NCBI GenBank assembly: GCA_016196885.1
Contig: JACPWU010000022.1
Coordinates: 1 to 32,000, forward strand
DNA from: Chlamydiota bacterium
GTDB taxonomy: Bacteria; Auribacterota; JACPWU01
Length of the DNA: 32,000 nucleotides
Direction of reading: 5' to 3'
A program made the translations under genes and the position numbers. The notes under the pieces were generated by a model. That model saw only the letters and a list, made by a program, of their open reading frames with translations, did not search any database and was not told where the DNA came from. Below, one piece after another: positions 1-8,034 of this stretch (its first letter is position 1; each line of letters opens with the position of its first letter).

Positions 1-3000
1 CAAAAGCCCTCATCACAGGAGATAAGGATTTACTGACGTTAAAAGTCTTTGAAGACATTCCGATACTCACAGCTCGCCAATTCCTCACTTGGCTCGAAAT
101 TCTGTAACTCTTTAACAACACGCCCACCTCTCCCAAAGCAATCAAACCCACCAGCCAGAAAATAAAATGAGGCGCTCCTAGCGCCACTAAAACCCCCGAT
201 ATAAAAAATGCCGCTGCAATCGCACTTTGAGGAGAGACAGAAAAAACAATCAGCGCCAAAAACAATTCAAACCCATAGGGAATTTTGAAAACCCAAATCA
301 TCACAAGCGACAGGGTCAACAAAGCCGCCTCCGTACGGAACGAACCTTCCATCTCAGCCAGCGGCTTGCGTATACGAAATCTTCGTTTTTCGACCGGTCT
401 ACTTCCCTTTGGCAAGCCTCGCATGACGATCGGGCCATCGCCAACCTTTTCTTCAGAAACCCTAGGCGGATGTAGGGAAGTCGCTAAAGCCTGTACAGCC
501 TCACCCGTCCTTTGTTCAATTTCTCGAGTGCTTAAAGAAGGATGTTCTTGCAACCGATCCACCTCTGGAAAAAAGAGGATAAATTTCGTCCCTTCCCCTT
601 CAACAGAATGGACTGACACCTCTCCTCCCATCACATCCACCATCGCCTTCAAGACCGCAAGGCCAACTCCCGTTCCGTCAATACCCTGTGTATTGCTTGC
701 CCGATGCCCCATTTCAAAAATTTTCACCCTATCTGCTTCAGGAATCCCAATTCCCTCATCTTCAACTTCAATCACAACATTCTTATCAACACGCTTCAAC
801 CTCACGAAAACTTTCTTTCCTTTTCTCCGGGATTGAAAACCATAAGAATATTTGATCGCATTTTGAATCAAATCCAACATCGAAGTGATAAAAACATTCT
901 CATCACACTCTGCAACCCACAGGGGCTCATCAGGAATTTCTGCAATCAGTTCTATCTCGGACTCTCTTGCCTCTCTTGCACAACTCTCCACAACCACCTT
1001 CATCAGAGGCTGAATATTTCTCGGCTCATAATGTTCACCGATCCTCATCATTTCAAGATAGGCCTCCAGTTTCGCCAAGGCCCGTTCCATCCCTTCCCTG
1101 AAAAACGCCGCCTCGTTAACACGGACTGGACTTTCACCCTCAAAAGATTCCAACCACTCACCCAAGCGAGGCGCGATCCGTTTTCCGAAATCCTGAACCC
1201 CTCCGTTATGCCACAACCTATAAACCAGCAATCCAAAATCATAATAGGCATGCTCCATTAAATAAGGGAATCCAGCCACGATGGCATTTTGCCCTGAATA
1301 TCCCTTCCAAAAATCGCTTAAATCCTCCCCTCGCACATGGCCTTCCAAAGAACCCTCTTTGCGCTCGGCTTCTGGAGAACGAGCCACAACAATCTCTAAT
1401 ATATCCCGATGAGGAACTCCCTCCAGACTGTATTGAACCTGCACATTTTTTTTCACAAATGAAGCAATCCTGTCTTCCAAGCCAAGTCCCCTGGAAATGG
1501 AAAATCTTAAAAGATCCTCTAATTCGAATCCATACCTCCTGTAATACTTCACAGTCCCCATTCCAAAGGTGTAGGCCATCCAAACTCTGTCTGCACGAAA
1601 TCTTTGAGCTAGATCCGCCAAGAAAAGATCTTCCGCATCTTTTAAGCTTCCCCCACCCAAACCTACCCGGACAGAGAACTGCCTCATCTCATCCTCCATC
1701 CTTTTAAGTTCCTCAGCCATTCGCTTGAGCCTCGCCTTATCCCACTGACCGCTTTCCAAAGAATGCACTAAAAAATCACGCAGCCCTTTTAATTTCTGAT
1801 CATAAAGTTCCGCCTGTTGATGAAGGGCATGCTGGGCCTCTTCAAGCGTGAGCTCGCGTAATGGAGATTTGGACAAACGACGATAGACTTGCAAGAGTGA
1901 CTGATCCGATCTCCAAAAGTCACGCTCCCCCTCCCGACCTGGAAACATCACACGAAACTCCCCTTCCAAACCCAGCTCCCTCCAAATATCAAAAAATCTG
2001 GAATGGCGATACCTCATCACCTCATAAAGATTGAGCCTTTCCTTTCTGTGAACCTTGGCTCTCACCTGCCTTAAACGAGGCGTTTGATTCAGAGGCTGAC
2101 GGACTTGTTCCAAATCTTCTTCTAAACTTCTCCCTACACCTCCCGTCATCACTCGAATCAATCGCAGTAATTCTTGTGGAGACTGATCAAGTCCCCCTTG
2201 GGCTTGGGCCAAAGTTAATTCTTTCTCATAAGTCTCCTGATCCACAAAATACTCTTCAATGTCTTGAACCTTCTTCTCTCCCAACATTTTCTCAGCCACG
2301 GAAACCCGAAGAATCAAACCTACGGTAGGATGGCCATCCACAAAAATAGACATGAACACTCTTTCCTCTGAACGATACGTCTCATGAACTTCGACCTGAT
2401 GCTCCACCCCATTCGAGGACTGAGCCTCTAAAACATTTTTGACCCTGTACTGAATCAGTTCTTGATATTTTGTCAACCACTCCCAGAGCAATTGACCCTG
2501 AGCATTCACCAACGGCCAATCGCGATTCCACTCCACTTGTTGCCACAACTTCAGAACGCCTAAAACACTTAAAATGACTTGCGTCTTCTCACGAAGTGTT
2601 TGAAGAGAGCCCCGGTCCCCCGCCGCTTCAACTCGAGCCGCAGGAGAGGCTGGCACCTGTCCAGAGAGAACCGCGTCAATAGGTTGCGGGCCCGAATTCA
2701 TCGGCTCCACGGCCAATGTGGATTTCTCTTTTTGACCCACTTGCTTAATCATTTTTTCCAAAGGCGTTTGCTCATCTTTCATGATGGAAACATAAGGCGT
2801 CTTCAATTTGAAATGGGTCATGCGAGGCGCTACCACCACATAAGAAAGCCCTTTTTCCTCCAGCCTCTTCGTCAGGCCCTCCGTGTGAAAACCTCCTGCA
2901 TAAAGAATGGCAATGGGACTCTTTTCTTCTTCCATCTTGGCCAGCGTATTTTCTACCAAATCTTTTTCACGGACGTCGGCGTAGCGGTAAAATTGCTCGA

Positions 3001-4660
3001 GATCTTTTAGATGAGAGTCAAGAAAGGCAATGTCGTTATTTGTAACCCCTCCATCTCCCCTCAACGAAGTAGCCCCCTGGGGTAAACTAAGGGGAGAGTT
3101 CTCCGCCATCTTCTGCTTTTCCTCCCCTCTTAAGATAAGAGGGGACCGAGGGGAGTTATCCTGACCCTGGACCCATGACCTTGGACCCTGTATTTTTTTC
3201 AATCCTTCCACAATCTCCTTCGCTGAAACCCCTTTTTTATTCTCCGTAAAATAACGAAGCTCCCCTTTCTTAAGTTCCATCAGAAAAAAATTCTTTAAAA
3301 TCGTAAAATCTTCTTCAATCCTCTTTAAATCTTTTTCCTCTGGAGTCTTCATTATTTCATTTTGGAGAGAATCTCGAAGGGCTTCGCACTCTTTGAGCAA
3401 TTCGTCACTGTTGATTTGATGATAGAGTTCGGTCATTTGAATGTATTGCATCAAATTCGCGTACTTCGAATTCAGTGCATCGGACTTCGTACTTCGTACT
3501 TCGACGTCCGCTGTTCGAAGTTCGATGTCCGATGTACGGTCTTTGAGGTTCGATGTACGATGTACGATGTACGATGTGCTATCTTTTTCAATAAGCTTTT
3601 TTAGATATTCGTAATACTCCCACGCCTCGATCTTCTCGAGTCGGTAATACAAACTCTTGGCCATGAGTTCGACCCCTTCTTCTTTGACGAGTTTGCAGCT
3701 TAAATCTTCTAAAAGTTTGACTCTTTCTTTTTCGACTTGCTTCAGATCTATTCTGTTCTCTAGCTTCTTCATCTGAAGCATCAGATTGATATTGGGGTAG
3801 ATGGAGGAGGAAAGAATGTTGGATGTTGAAAGTTGGATGTTGGAAGATGACGAGGAGTTTTTATCTTTTTCTTTCAACTTTGAACTTTGAACTTTTAACT
3901 GTTCTATATATTCTCCCAACTCCATCTCCCCCTTTTCATAGCGTGTCGCCTGATCCAAAAACTCCTTCACTTCTTTGGAATAAACCTTTTCTCTTAAGTG
4001 AAGAATGACTTTTTCAATCCTGTCCAAAATCGGCAGAGCCTTTTCTTTCACATCCATACCTTGTTTCCATCCCACCACATGCTCAAAATAATGAGCCATA
4101 TTTTCAACGCCTATTAAGGGAAGAGGTTTGTCTTTTACTATGGAGAGATATTCCGCCCCGGAAATTTTTCCTTGTTTCATGAGATAGCCGGCCATCATTT
4201 TTCGAAGGGTCGGATCCGGAAACGCTGTAAAAAAAGAAGTATCCACATCCCCCTGAGCTCCCTCCAAACCAATCATTTTCAAACCATGCGCCCCATGCTC
4301 TTGAAAAAGCTCGTTCATCATCTTGGCTGAATTAGATTGCGCCTCAAAATGGCAATGCACATCCTGAATATGGATGATCATTTTCTGGTCTTGACCCTGA
4401 TGGCTCTGGAGGATGTCACCCCATTTGGAAGGAATAGAAATATTTAAAGGATTGTTGGAGGTTGGATGTTGGATGTTGGATGAAACGACAACCGGTTGAG
4501 CTCTTCCCTCCAACTTCAAACTTCCAGCCTCTATCCCTCTTTCCTGCGCAAGTAGCTCTCCTTCAAATAGATTCGTAAATGAAAATGCCAGAAATGTGAG
4601 GAAAGAAACAAGCCTTAAGCCCAAATTTCTGTTTTTTTCACCCCAATTAAAAAGAGACAT
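1..4660 (-). CDS. Giant multidomain protein truncated at its 3' end by the window edge (>=1553 aa). Signal-like N-terminus, tentative split Tiki/TraB/ChaN-like motifs, long helical middle, then a C-terminal GHKL/HATPase_c domain followed by hydrophobic helices.
   Basis: Manual translation of the minus strand from ATG 4660-4658 gives 1553 codons plus 1 nt with no stop down to position 1. GGGAG lies 12 nt upstream and an in-frame TGA 19 codons upstream. No sub-fragment of this frame appears in the ORF track, consistent with an edge-truncated ORF being omitted. N-terminus is MSLFNWGEKNRNLGLRLVSFLTFLAFSFTNLFEGELLAQE. HATPase boxes near 560-960: LIQNAIKYS (N), DEGIGIP (G1), GTGVGLAV (G2). Hydrophobic helices fall near 100-330. 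Confidence 0.8.
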   Translation of the reverse strand, partial: MSLFNWGEKNRNLGLRLVSFLTFLAFSFTNLFEGELLAQERGIEAGSLKLEGRAQPVVVSSNIQHPTSNNPLNISIPSKWGDILQSHQGQDQKMIIHIQDVHCHFEAQSNSAKMMNELFQEHGAHGLKMIGLEGAQGDVDTSFFTAFPDPTLRKMMAGYLMKQGKISGAEYLSIVKDKPLPLIGVENMAHYFEHVVGWKQGMDVKEKALPILDRIEKVILHLREKVYSKEVKEFLDQATRYEKGEMELGEYIEQLKVQSSKLKEKDKNSSSSSNIQLSTSNILSSSIYPNINLMLQMKKLENRIDLKQVEKERVKLLEDLSCKLVKEEGVELMAKSLYYRLEKIEAWEYYEYLKKLIEKDSTSYIVHRTSNLKDRTSDIELRTADVEVRSTKSDALNSKYANLMQYIQMTELYHQINSDELLKECEALRDSLQNEIMKTPEEKDLKRIEEDFTILKNFFLMELKKGELRYFTENKKGVSAKEIVEGLKKIQGPRSWVQGQDNSPRSPLILRGEEKQKMAENSPLSLPQGATSLRGDGGVTNNDIAFLDSHLKDLEQFYRYADVREKDLVENTLAKMEEEKSPIAILYAGGFHTEGLTKRLEEKGLSYVVVAPRMTHFKLKTPYVSIMKDEQTPLEKMIKQVGQKEKSTLAVEPMNSGPQPIDAVLSGQVPASPAARVEAAGDRGSLQTLREKTQVILSVLGVLKLWQQVEWNRDWPLVNAQGQLLWEWLTKYQELIQYRVKNVLEAQSSNGVEHQVEVHETYRSEERVFMSIFVDGHPTVGLILRVSVAEKMLGEKKVQDIEEYFVDQETYEKELTLAQAQGGLDQSPQELLRLIRVMTGGVGRSLEEDLEQVRQPLNQTPRLRQVRAKVHRKERLNLYEVMRYRHSRFFDIWRELGLEGEFRVMFPGREGERDFWRSDQSLLQVYRRLSKSPLRELTLEEAQHALHQQAELYDQKLKGLRDFLVHSLESGQWDKARLKRMAEELKRMEDEMRQFSVRVGLGGGSLKDAEDLFLADLAQRFRADRVWMAYTFGMGTVKYYRRYGFELEDLLRFSISRGLGLEDRIASFVKKNVQVQYSLEGVPHRDILEIVVARSPEAERKEGSLEGHVRGEDLSDFWKGYSGQNAIVAGFPYLMEHAYYDFGLLVYRLWHNGGVQDFGKRIAPRLGEWLESFEGESPVRVNEAAFFREGMERALAKLEAYLEMMRIGEHYEPRNIQPLMKVVVESCAREARESEIELIAEIPDEPLWVAECDENVFITSMLDLIQNAIKYSYGFQSRRKGKKVFVRLKRVDKNVVIEVEDEGIGIPEADRVKIFEMGHRASNTQGIDGTGVGLAVLKAMVDVMGGEVSVHSVEGEGTKFILFFPEVDRLQEHPSLSTREIEQRTGEAVQALATSLHPPRVSEEKVGDGPIVMRGLPKGSRPVEKRRFRIRKPLAEMEGSFRTEAALLTLSLVMIWVFKIPYGFELFLALIVFSVSPQSAIAAAFFISGVLVALGAPHFIFWLVGLIALGEVGVLLKSYRISSQVRNWRAVSIGMSSKTFNVSKSLSPVMRAF
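3042..3159. repeat. GGGGAG-type element, copy embedded in frame in the giant ORF
   Basis: Carries the same five sequence blocks in the same order as 14817-14912. It is translated as ...SPRSPLILRGEEKQKMAENSPLSLPQGATSLRGDGGVT... Confidence 0.8.
3161..3188. repeat. Heptad array inside the giant ORF
   Basis: CTGACCC TGGACCC ATGACCT TGGACCC. The units are related to the TGGACCA/TGGACTA units at 12867-12887. Confidence 0.8.
3484..3578. repeat. Heptad arrays inside the giant ORF, forming an imperfect inverted pair
   Basis: ACTTCGT x2 plus ACTTCGA (3484-3504), CGATGTC CGATGTA (3523-3536), and CGATGTA x3 plus CGATGTG (3551-3578). Translated as STSYIVHRTSNLKDRTSDIELRTADVEVRSTKS. Confidence 0.85.
3818..3895. 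repeat. Heptad arrays inside the giant ORF
   Basis: GTTGGAT GTTGAAA GTTGGAT GTTGGAA (3818-3845) and CAACTTT GAACTTT GAACTTT (3875-3895). Confidence 0.85.
4454..4481. repeat. Heptad array inside the giant ORF
   Basis: GTTGGAG GTTGGAT GTTGGAT GTTGGAT, the same unit as at 3818-3845. Translated as SSNIQHPTSNN. Confidence 0.85.
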
Positions 4661-4732
4661 TTTGACACACTTCTCCCTATGAGTTGTATAAGTAAGACAC
4701 AGGAAGGTAAAACGAGGTCAAATTAATTAAGA

Positions 4733-4754
4733 AATAAAAATGATCATTTTTATT
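4733..4754. repeat. Perfect 22-bp AT-rich palindrome between the glmS stop and the giant ORF start
   Basis: AATAAAAATGATCATTTTTATT is its own reverse complement. Confidence 0.9.
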
Positions 4755-4782
4755 AAAGAGGAACAACCTGAAAAGATCTAAC

Positions 4783-6621
4783 TTATTCCACCGTCACACT
4801 TTTCGCCAAATTGCGAGGACGGTCAATGTCACAGCCGCGATAGAGGGCCATGTAGTAGGCAAGGAGTTGCAGGGGAATGACATTCAACAGGGGAGAGAGT
4901 TCTTCCAACGTTTCGGGCACCTCAATCACATCATTGACAAATTTTGATACGACTTTGTCATTTGGATTCGCGATCGCTATGATTTTCCCGCGACGGGCTT
5001 CAATCTCTTTAATATTCGAAATCATTTTTTCGTAAACGCCTCCCTGGCTCAAAATCGCAATCACGGGAAAATTTCTATCAATAAGCGCGATCGGGCCATG
5101 CTTCATTTCTCCTGCCGCATAGGCCTCCGCATGGCTGTAAGAAACTTCTTTATTCTTAAGCGCCCCTTCTAGTGCCGTGGGATAATTAAAGCCACGCCCC
5201 AGATAAAACCAATTTCGATAAGAATAATATTTCCGAGCACAAGCCTTAATCGGATCTTGATGATCTAAAACCCATTGAATCTTTTCCGGAATTTTAATCA
5301 GCTCCGTCAAAAGATGGCGGGCCTCCATCAAAGACATCTCGCCTCGGGCCCTCCCCCAAAAAACGCTCAAGAGATAAAAGGCCGACAATTGCGTCAAATA
5401 GGCTTTGGTCGAGGCCACACTGATTTCGGGGCCTGCTTGAGTGTAAATCACGGCATCACTCTCGCGCGTCAGGGTACTGCCCACCACATTCACAATGGAA
5501 ATAATTCGGCAGCCTAGTTCTTTGGCCCTTCGAATGCTGGCCAAGGTGTCTGCCGTTTCTCCGGATTGACTGACCGCAAGCACAGCCGTTCCCGGACTTA
5601 ATTTCAAAGTCCGGTAACGAAACTCACTGGCCAAATCTACTTCCACGGGAATCCCCGTATAACGCTCCAAAATATATTTTCCACATAACCCTGCATAATA
5701 GGCCGTTCCACAGCCGATGATAAACAAACGCTCGATCCCCCGCGCCTCCCTCGAACTCAACATCTCTTGTCCGAAACGAACATCGCTCTTTTTTAAATCC
5801 ATTCTTCCGAGCCACACATTCTTCAAGATCTCGGGCTGCTCATAAATCTCTTTTAACATAAATTTCTCAAAACCACCTCGCTCGGCCTCTTCTAATCGCC
5901 AGGAAACATGCTCAACTTTGGACTTTATTTTTTGCCCCGAAAAATTTTTGACCCCACAGCGATCCGAACGAATCATTGCCCATTGATGATCTTTGAGATA
6001 AATCACCTTGCGGGTTCTTTTTAAAAGAGGTGCCACATCACTCGCAATAAAACATTCTCTCTTTCCTAATCCAATCACCAGGGGACTTCCATTACGAACG
6101 GCATACAAGGTTTGAGGATCTTTTTTAAACATGATACCCAAGGCATAAGTCCCTCTTAATTTCTTGACCAAGCTTTCAAATGCCTTCTCCACAGAGGAGT
6201 TTTCTTTCAAAATCTCCTCAAGGACATGGGCAATCACTTCGGTATCTGTTTGGGAAACGAGACGATGGCCTTTCTCGGAAAGTTCCTCTCTCAATTCCTG
6301 AAAATTCTCAATGATGCCATTGTGAACCACAGCAAGGGTACCCGTACAATCCGTGTGAGGATGGGCATTCAAATCCGAAGGTTGTCCATGCGTCGCCCAG
6401 CGGGTGTGGCCGAGCCCCATTTTAGAGCGAAGATGAAGAGCACTGAGCGCTTTCTCCAATTCGGCCAATTTTCCAATTTTCTTAATGACATGCAAATTCC
6501 CTTTTCCATTGAGCACACTGATTCCGGAAGAATCATAGCCCCGATATTCCAGACGGGCTAGCCCCTCTAACAGAATAGGAACCGCATTTTGCTTACCCAC
6601 ATAACCGATAATGCCGCACAT
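4783..6621 (-). CDS. glmS: Glutamine--fructose-6-phosphate aminotransferase (isomerizing)
   Basis: 612 aa. N-terminal MCGIIGY with catalytic Cys2, two SIS-domain regions, and the canonical C-terminus ...LAKSVTVE. Confidence 0.97.
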   Translation of the reverse strand: MCGIIGYVGKQNAVPILLEGLARLEYRGYDSSGISVLNGKGNLHVIKKIGKLAELEKALSALHLRSKMGLGHTRWATHGQPSDLNAHPHTDCTGTLAVVHNGIIENFQELREELSEKGHRLVSQTDTEVIAHVLEEILKENSSVEKAFESLVKKLRGTYALGIMFKKDPQTLYAVRNGSPLVIGLGKRECFIASDVAPLLKRTRKVIYLKDHQWAMIRSDRCGVKNFSGQKIKSKVEHVSWRLEEAERGGFEKFMLKEIYEQPEILKNVWLGRMDLKKSDVRFGQEMLSSREARGIERLFIIGCGTAYYAGLCGKYILERYTGIPVEVDLASEFRYRTLKLSPGTAVLAVSQSGETADTLASIRRAKELGCRIISIVNVVGSTLTRESDAVIYTQAGPEISVASTKAYLTQLSAFYLLSVFWGRARGEMSLMEARHLLTELIKIPEKIQWVLDHQDPIKACARKYYSYRNWFYLGRGFNYPTALEGALKNKEVSYSHAEAYAAGEMKHGPIALIDRNFPVIAILSQGGVYEKMISNIKEIEARRGKIIAIANPNDKVVSKFVNDVIEVPETLEELSPLLNVIPLQLLAYYMALYRGCDIDRPRNLAKSVTVE

Positions 6622-6624
6622 AAC

Positions 6625-6680
6625 TCGTTGCTCGTTGCTCGTTGTTCGTCGTTCGTCGCTCGTATCTCGTTATTCGTCAA
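6625..6680. repeat. Heptad array (8 units) abutting the glmS start codon
   Basis: CTCGTTG x3, TTCGTCG x2, CTCGTAT, CTCGTTA, TTCGTCA, all in constant 7-nt phase. The array ends 3 nt from ATG 6621. Confidence 0.9.
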
Positions 6681-6697
6681 TAATGAATTCATTAATT

Positions 6698-6831
6698 TCA
6701 ATGATCATTCGAGATCATCGTGTGCGATGAAAGTTCTTCCCATCATGCTTTTTTTGTAGTCGCCCGATTCATCGGGCAGCCCATGCAAGGGGCACACGGC
6801 AGCCCCATAAATGGGGCGACTACAAAATGAG
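6698..6831. repeat. REP-like composite element, copy 1 (left module, GTAG...CTAC core with a 23-nt insertion, AAAATGAG flank)
   Basis: The core at 6756-6823 reads GTAGTCGCCCGATTCATCGGGCAGCC[CATGCAAGGGGCACACGGCAGCC]CCATAAATGGGGCGACTAC. The left module 6698-6755 is near-identical to 11580-11637. Confidence 0.85.
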
Positions 6832-6861
6832 CCCGACTTTCATAGCAATAATTTGCCTTTT

Positions 6862-6903
6862 CGACGAAAGGCGAACAACGAAAAACTAACGACGATATAC
6901 GAT
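6862..6903. repeat. Complementary-type heptad array (6 units) overlapping the nagA stop
   Basis: CGACGAA AGGCGAA CAACGAA AAACTAA CGACGAT ATACGAT. It is inverted relative to 6625-6680, so the two arrays bracket REP-like copy 1. It also encodes the last nagA residues (..IVYRR). Confidence 0.75.
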
Positions 6904-8013
6904 CCTTCCTCCCACCATTGTCATCTTCACATTAAACGATTGATCCACCAAAACCACATCCGCCCATTTGCCAGGCTCTAGACTTCCGAACAAACGATCT
7001 ATTTTTAAGACACGGGCTGGATTCAGAGTCGCTGTCTGAATTGCCTGGCCCTCATTTAAGTTCGCAAATTTTATCAAATTTAATACGGCGCGGCGAAGGG
7101 AAAGTGCACTGCCCGCTAAAGTCCCTGAAGACAGGCGAGGGGGATGGCGAGTGTCATTTCCTTTAAGGTGCATAAAACAATCCGTTGCTAAAACAAATTT
7201 TTCAAAGCCTTTCACTTGAAGAGCCAACTTAACCATAAGCGGGTGAACATGAACACCATCTGCAATTAATTCTGCAAAAATTCTCTCATCAAAAAGGGCC
7301 GCCCCCGTTGCCCCTAATTCTCGATGATGAATCCTTCTCATTTGATTAAAAACATGCGTCCCATAACGAATGCCCAAGCGGACCCCCTCCAAAGCCTCTT
7401 CATAGCTTGCATCCGTATGCCCCATGGAGACACAAACCTTTTTGGATTTAAGATACAAAATAAGCGGCAAAATCCCTTTCAGTTCAGGCGCCAATGTCAT
7501 GAGACGCAAATCCTTCCCATAAACTTTTATCAAGGACTGGAGAACTTTCAGCGATGGCCTTCGAATAAATTCTGAAGGCTGCGCCCCTGCGTGTTTGGGA
7601 TTCAAGAAAGGGCCCTCCAAATGACAGCCCAAAACTTGAGCCCCTTTTAACAACGGTTTCGCTCGTTTAAAAAGCTGGCCCTGTCTCTTTAAATTTTCTA
7701 TCGATGAAGTACAAAAAGTTGCGAGAAAGCGTGTGGTTCCAAATCGGGCATGATCTTGAGAAATAGACTGAAGATGTTCTGATTCATCATTCTGGAAATC
7801 ACAATGAAGATGCAAATCTATAAAACCAGGGATCAGCTTCAAACCTGAAGCCTCTATTTGAGGAATTTTCCGAGAAGGAATTTTAGAGGTAACACTCTCA
7901 ATTTTTCCATTCTCAACAAGAAGATTTCCGGGAACAAATTGATTTCCTTGAAGGATTTTTCCCCCCACAAAAACCAACGGGTCAGATTTCACGAAATGAG
8001 ATCTCCTGAGCAT
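6886..8013 (-). CDS. nagA: N-acetylglucosamine-6-phosphate deacetylase
   Basis: 375 aa with motifs GFIDLHLH, HLEGPFLNP, MGHTDASYEEA, THVFNQM and DGVHVHP. Lies immediately upstream of glmS on the same strand. Confidence 0.9.
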   Translation of the reverse strand: MLRRSHFVKSDPLVFVGGKILQGNQFVPGNLLVENGKIESVTSKIPSRKIPQIEASGLKLIPGFIDLHLHCDFQNDESEHLQSISQDHARFGTTRFLATFCTSSIENLKRQGQLFKRAKPLLKGAQVLGCHLEGPFLNPKHAGAQPSEFIRRPSLKVLQSLIKVYGKDLRLMTLAPELKGILPLILYLKSKKVCVSMGHTDASYEEALEGVRLGIRYGTHVFNQMRRIHHRELGATGAALFDERIFAELIADGVHVHPLMVKLALQVKGFEKFVLATDCFMHLKGNDTRHPPRLSSGTLAGSALSLRRAVLNLIKFANLNEGQAIQTATLNPARVLKIDRLFGSLEPGKWADVVLVDQSFNVKMTMVGGRIVYRR

Positions 8014-8034
8014 TATCTATCCAATGATTCCATT

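Noticed and set aside
3484-3578. Heptad arrays here and at 6625-6680, 26113-26189 and elsewhere considered as a CRISPR array
   Set aside because: The units are 7 nt long and directly abutting, with no spacers. CRISPR repeats are 23-50 nt separated by unique spacers of similar length. No cas genes are present.
227-4008. Ten plus-strand track ORFs (e.g. 285..836, 704..1261, 2579..3010, 3362..3604) and two minus-strand ORFs (1048..1251, 1239..1583)
   Set aside because: All lie inside or out of frame with the uninterrupted 1553-codon minus-strand ORF, which carries clear HATPase_c motifs. Their products are low-complexity or repeat translations. I treat them as shadow ORFs.
1-4660. Suspicion that the missing long ORF meant stop-codon reassignment or an alternative genetic code
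   Set aside because: The frame contains no TAA, TAG or TGA at all under the standard code. The simplest explanation is that the track omits ORFs without an in-window stop. All other genes translate normally with code 11.
6622-6885. Possible glmS ribozyme or other leader RNA upstream of glmS
   Set aside because: The spacer is fully accounted for by a heptad array, the REP-like composite and a second inverted heptad array. Near-identical modules occur upstream of unrelated genes (11580-11690), so it is not glmS-specific. I recognise no ribozyme core.
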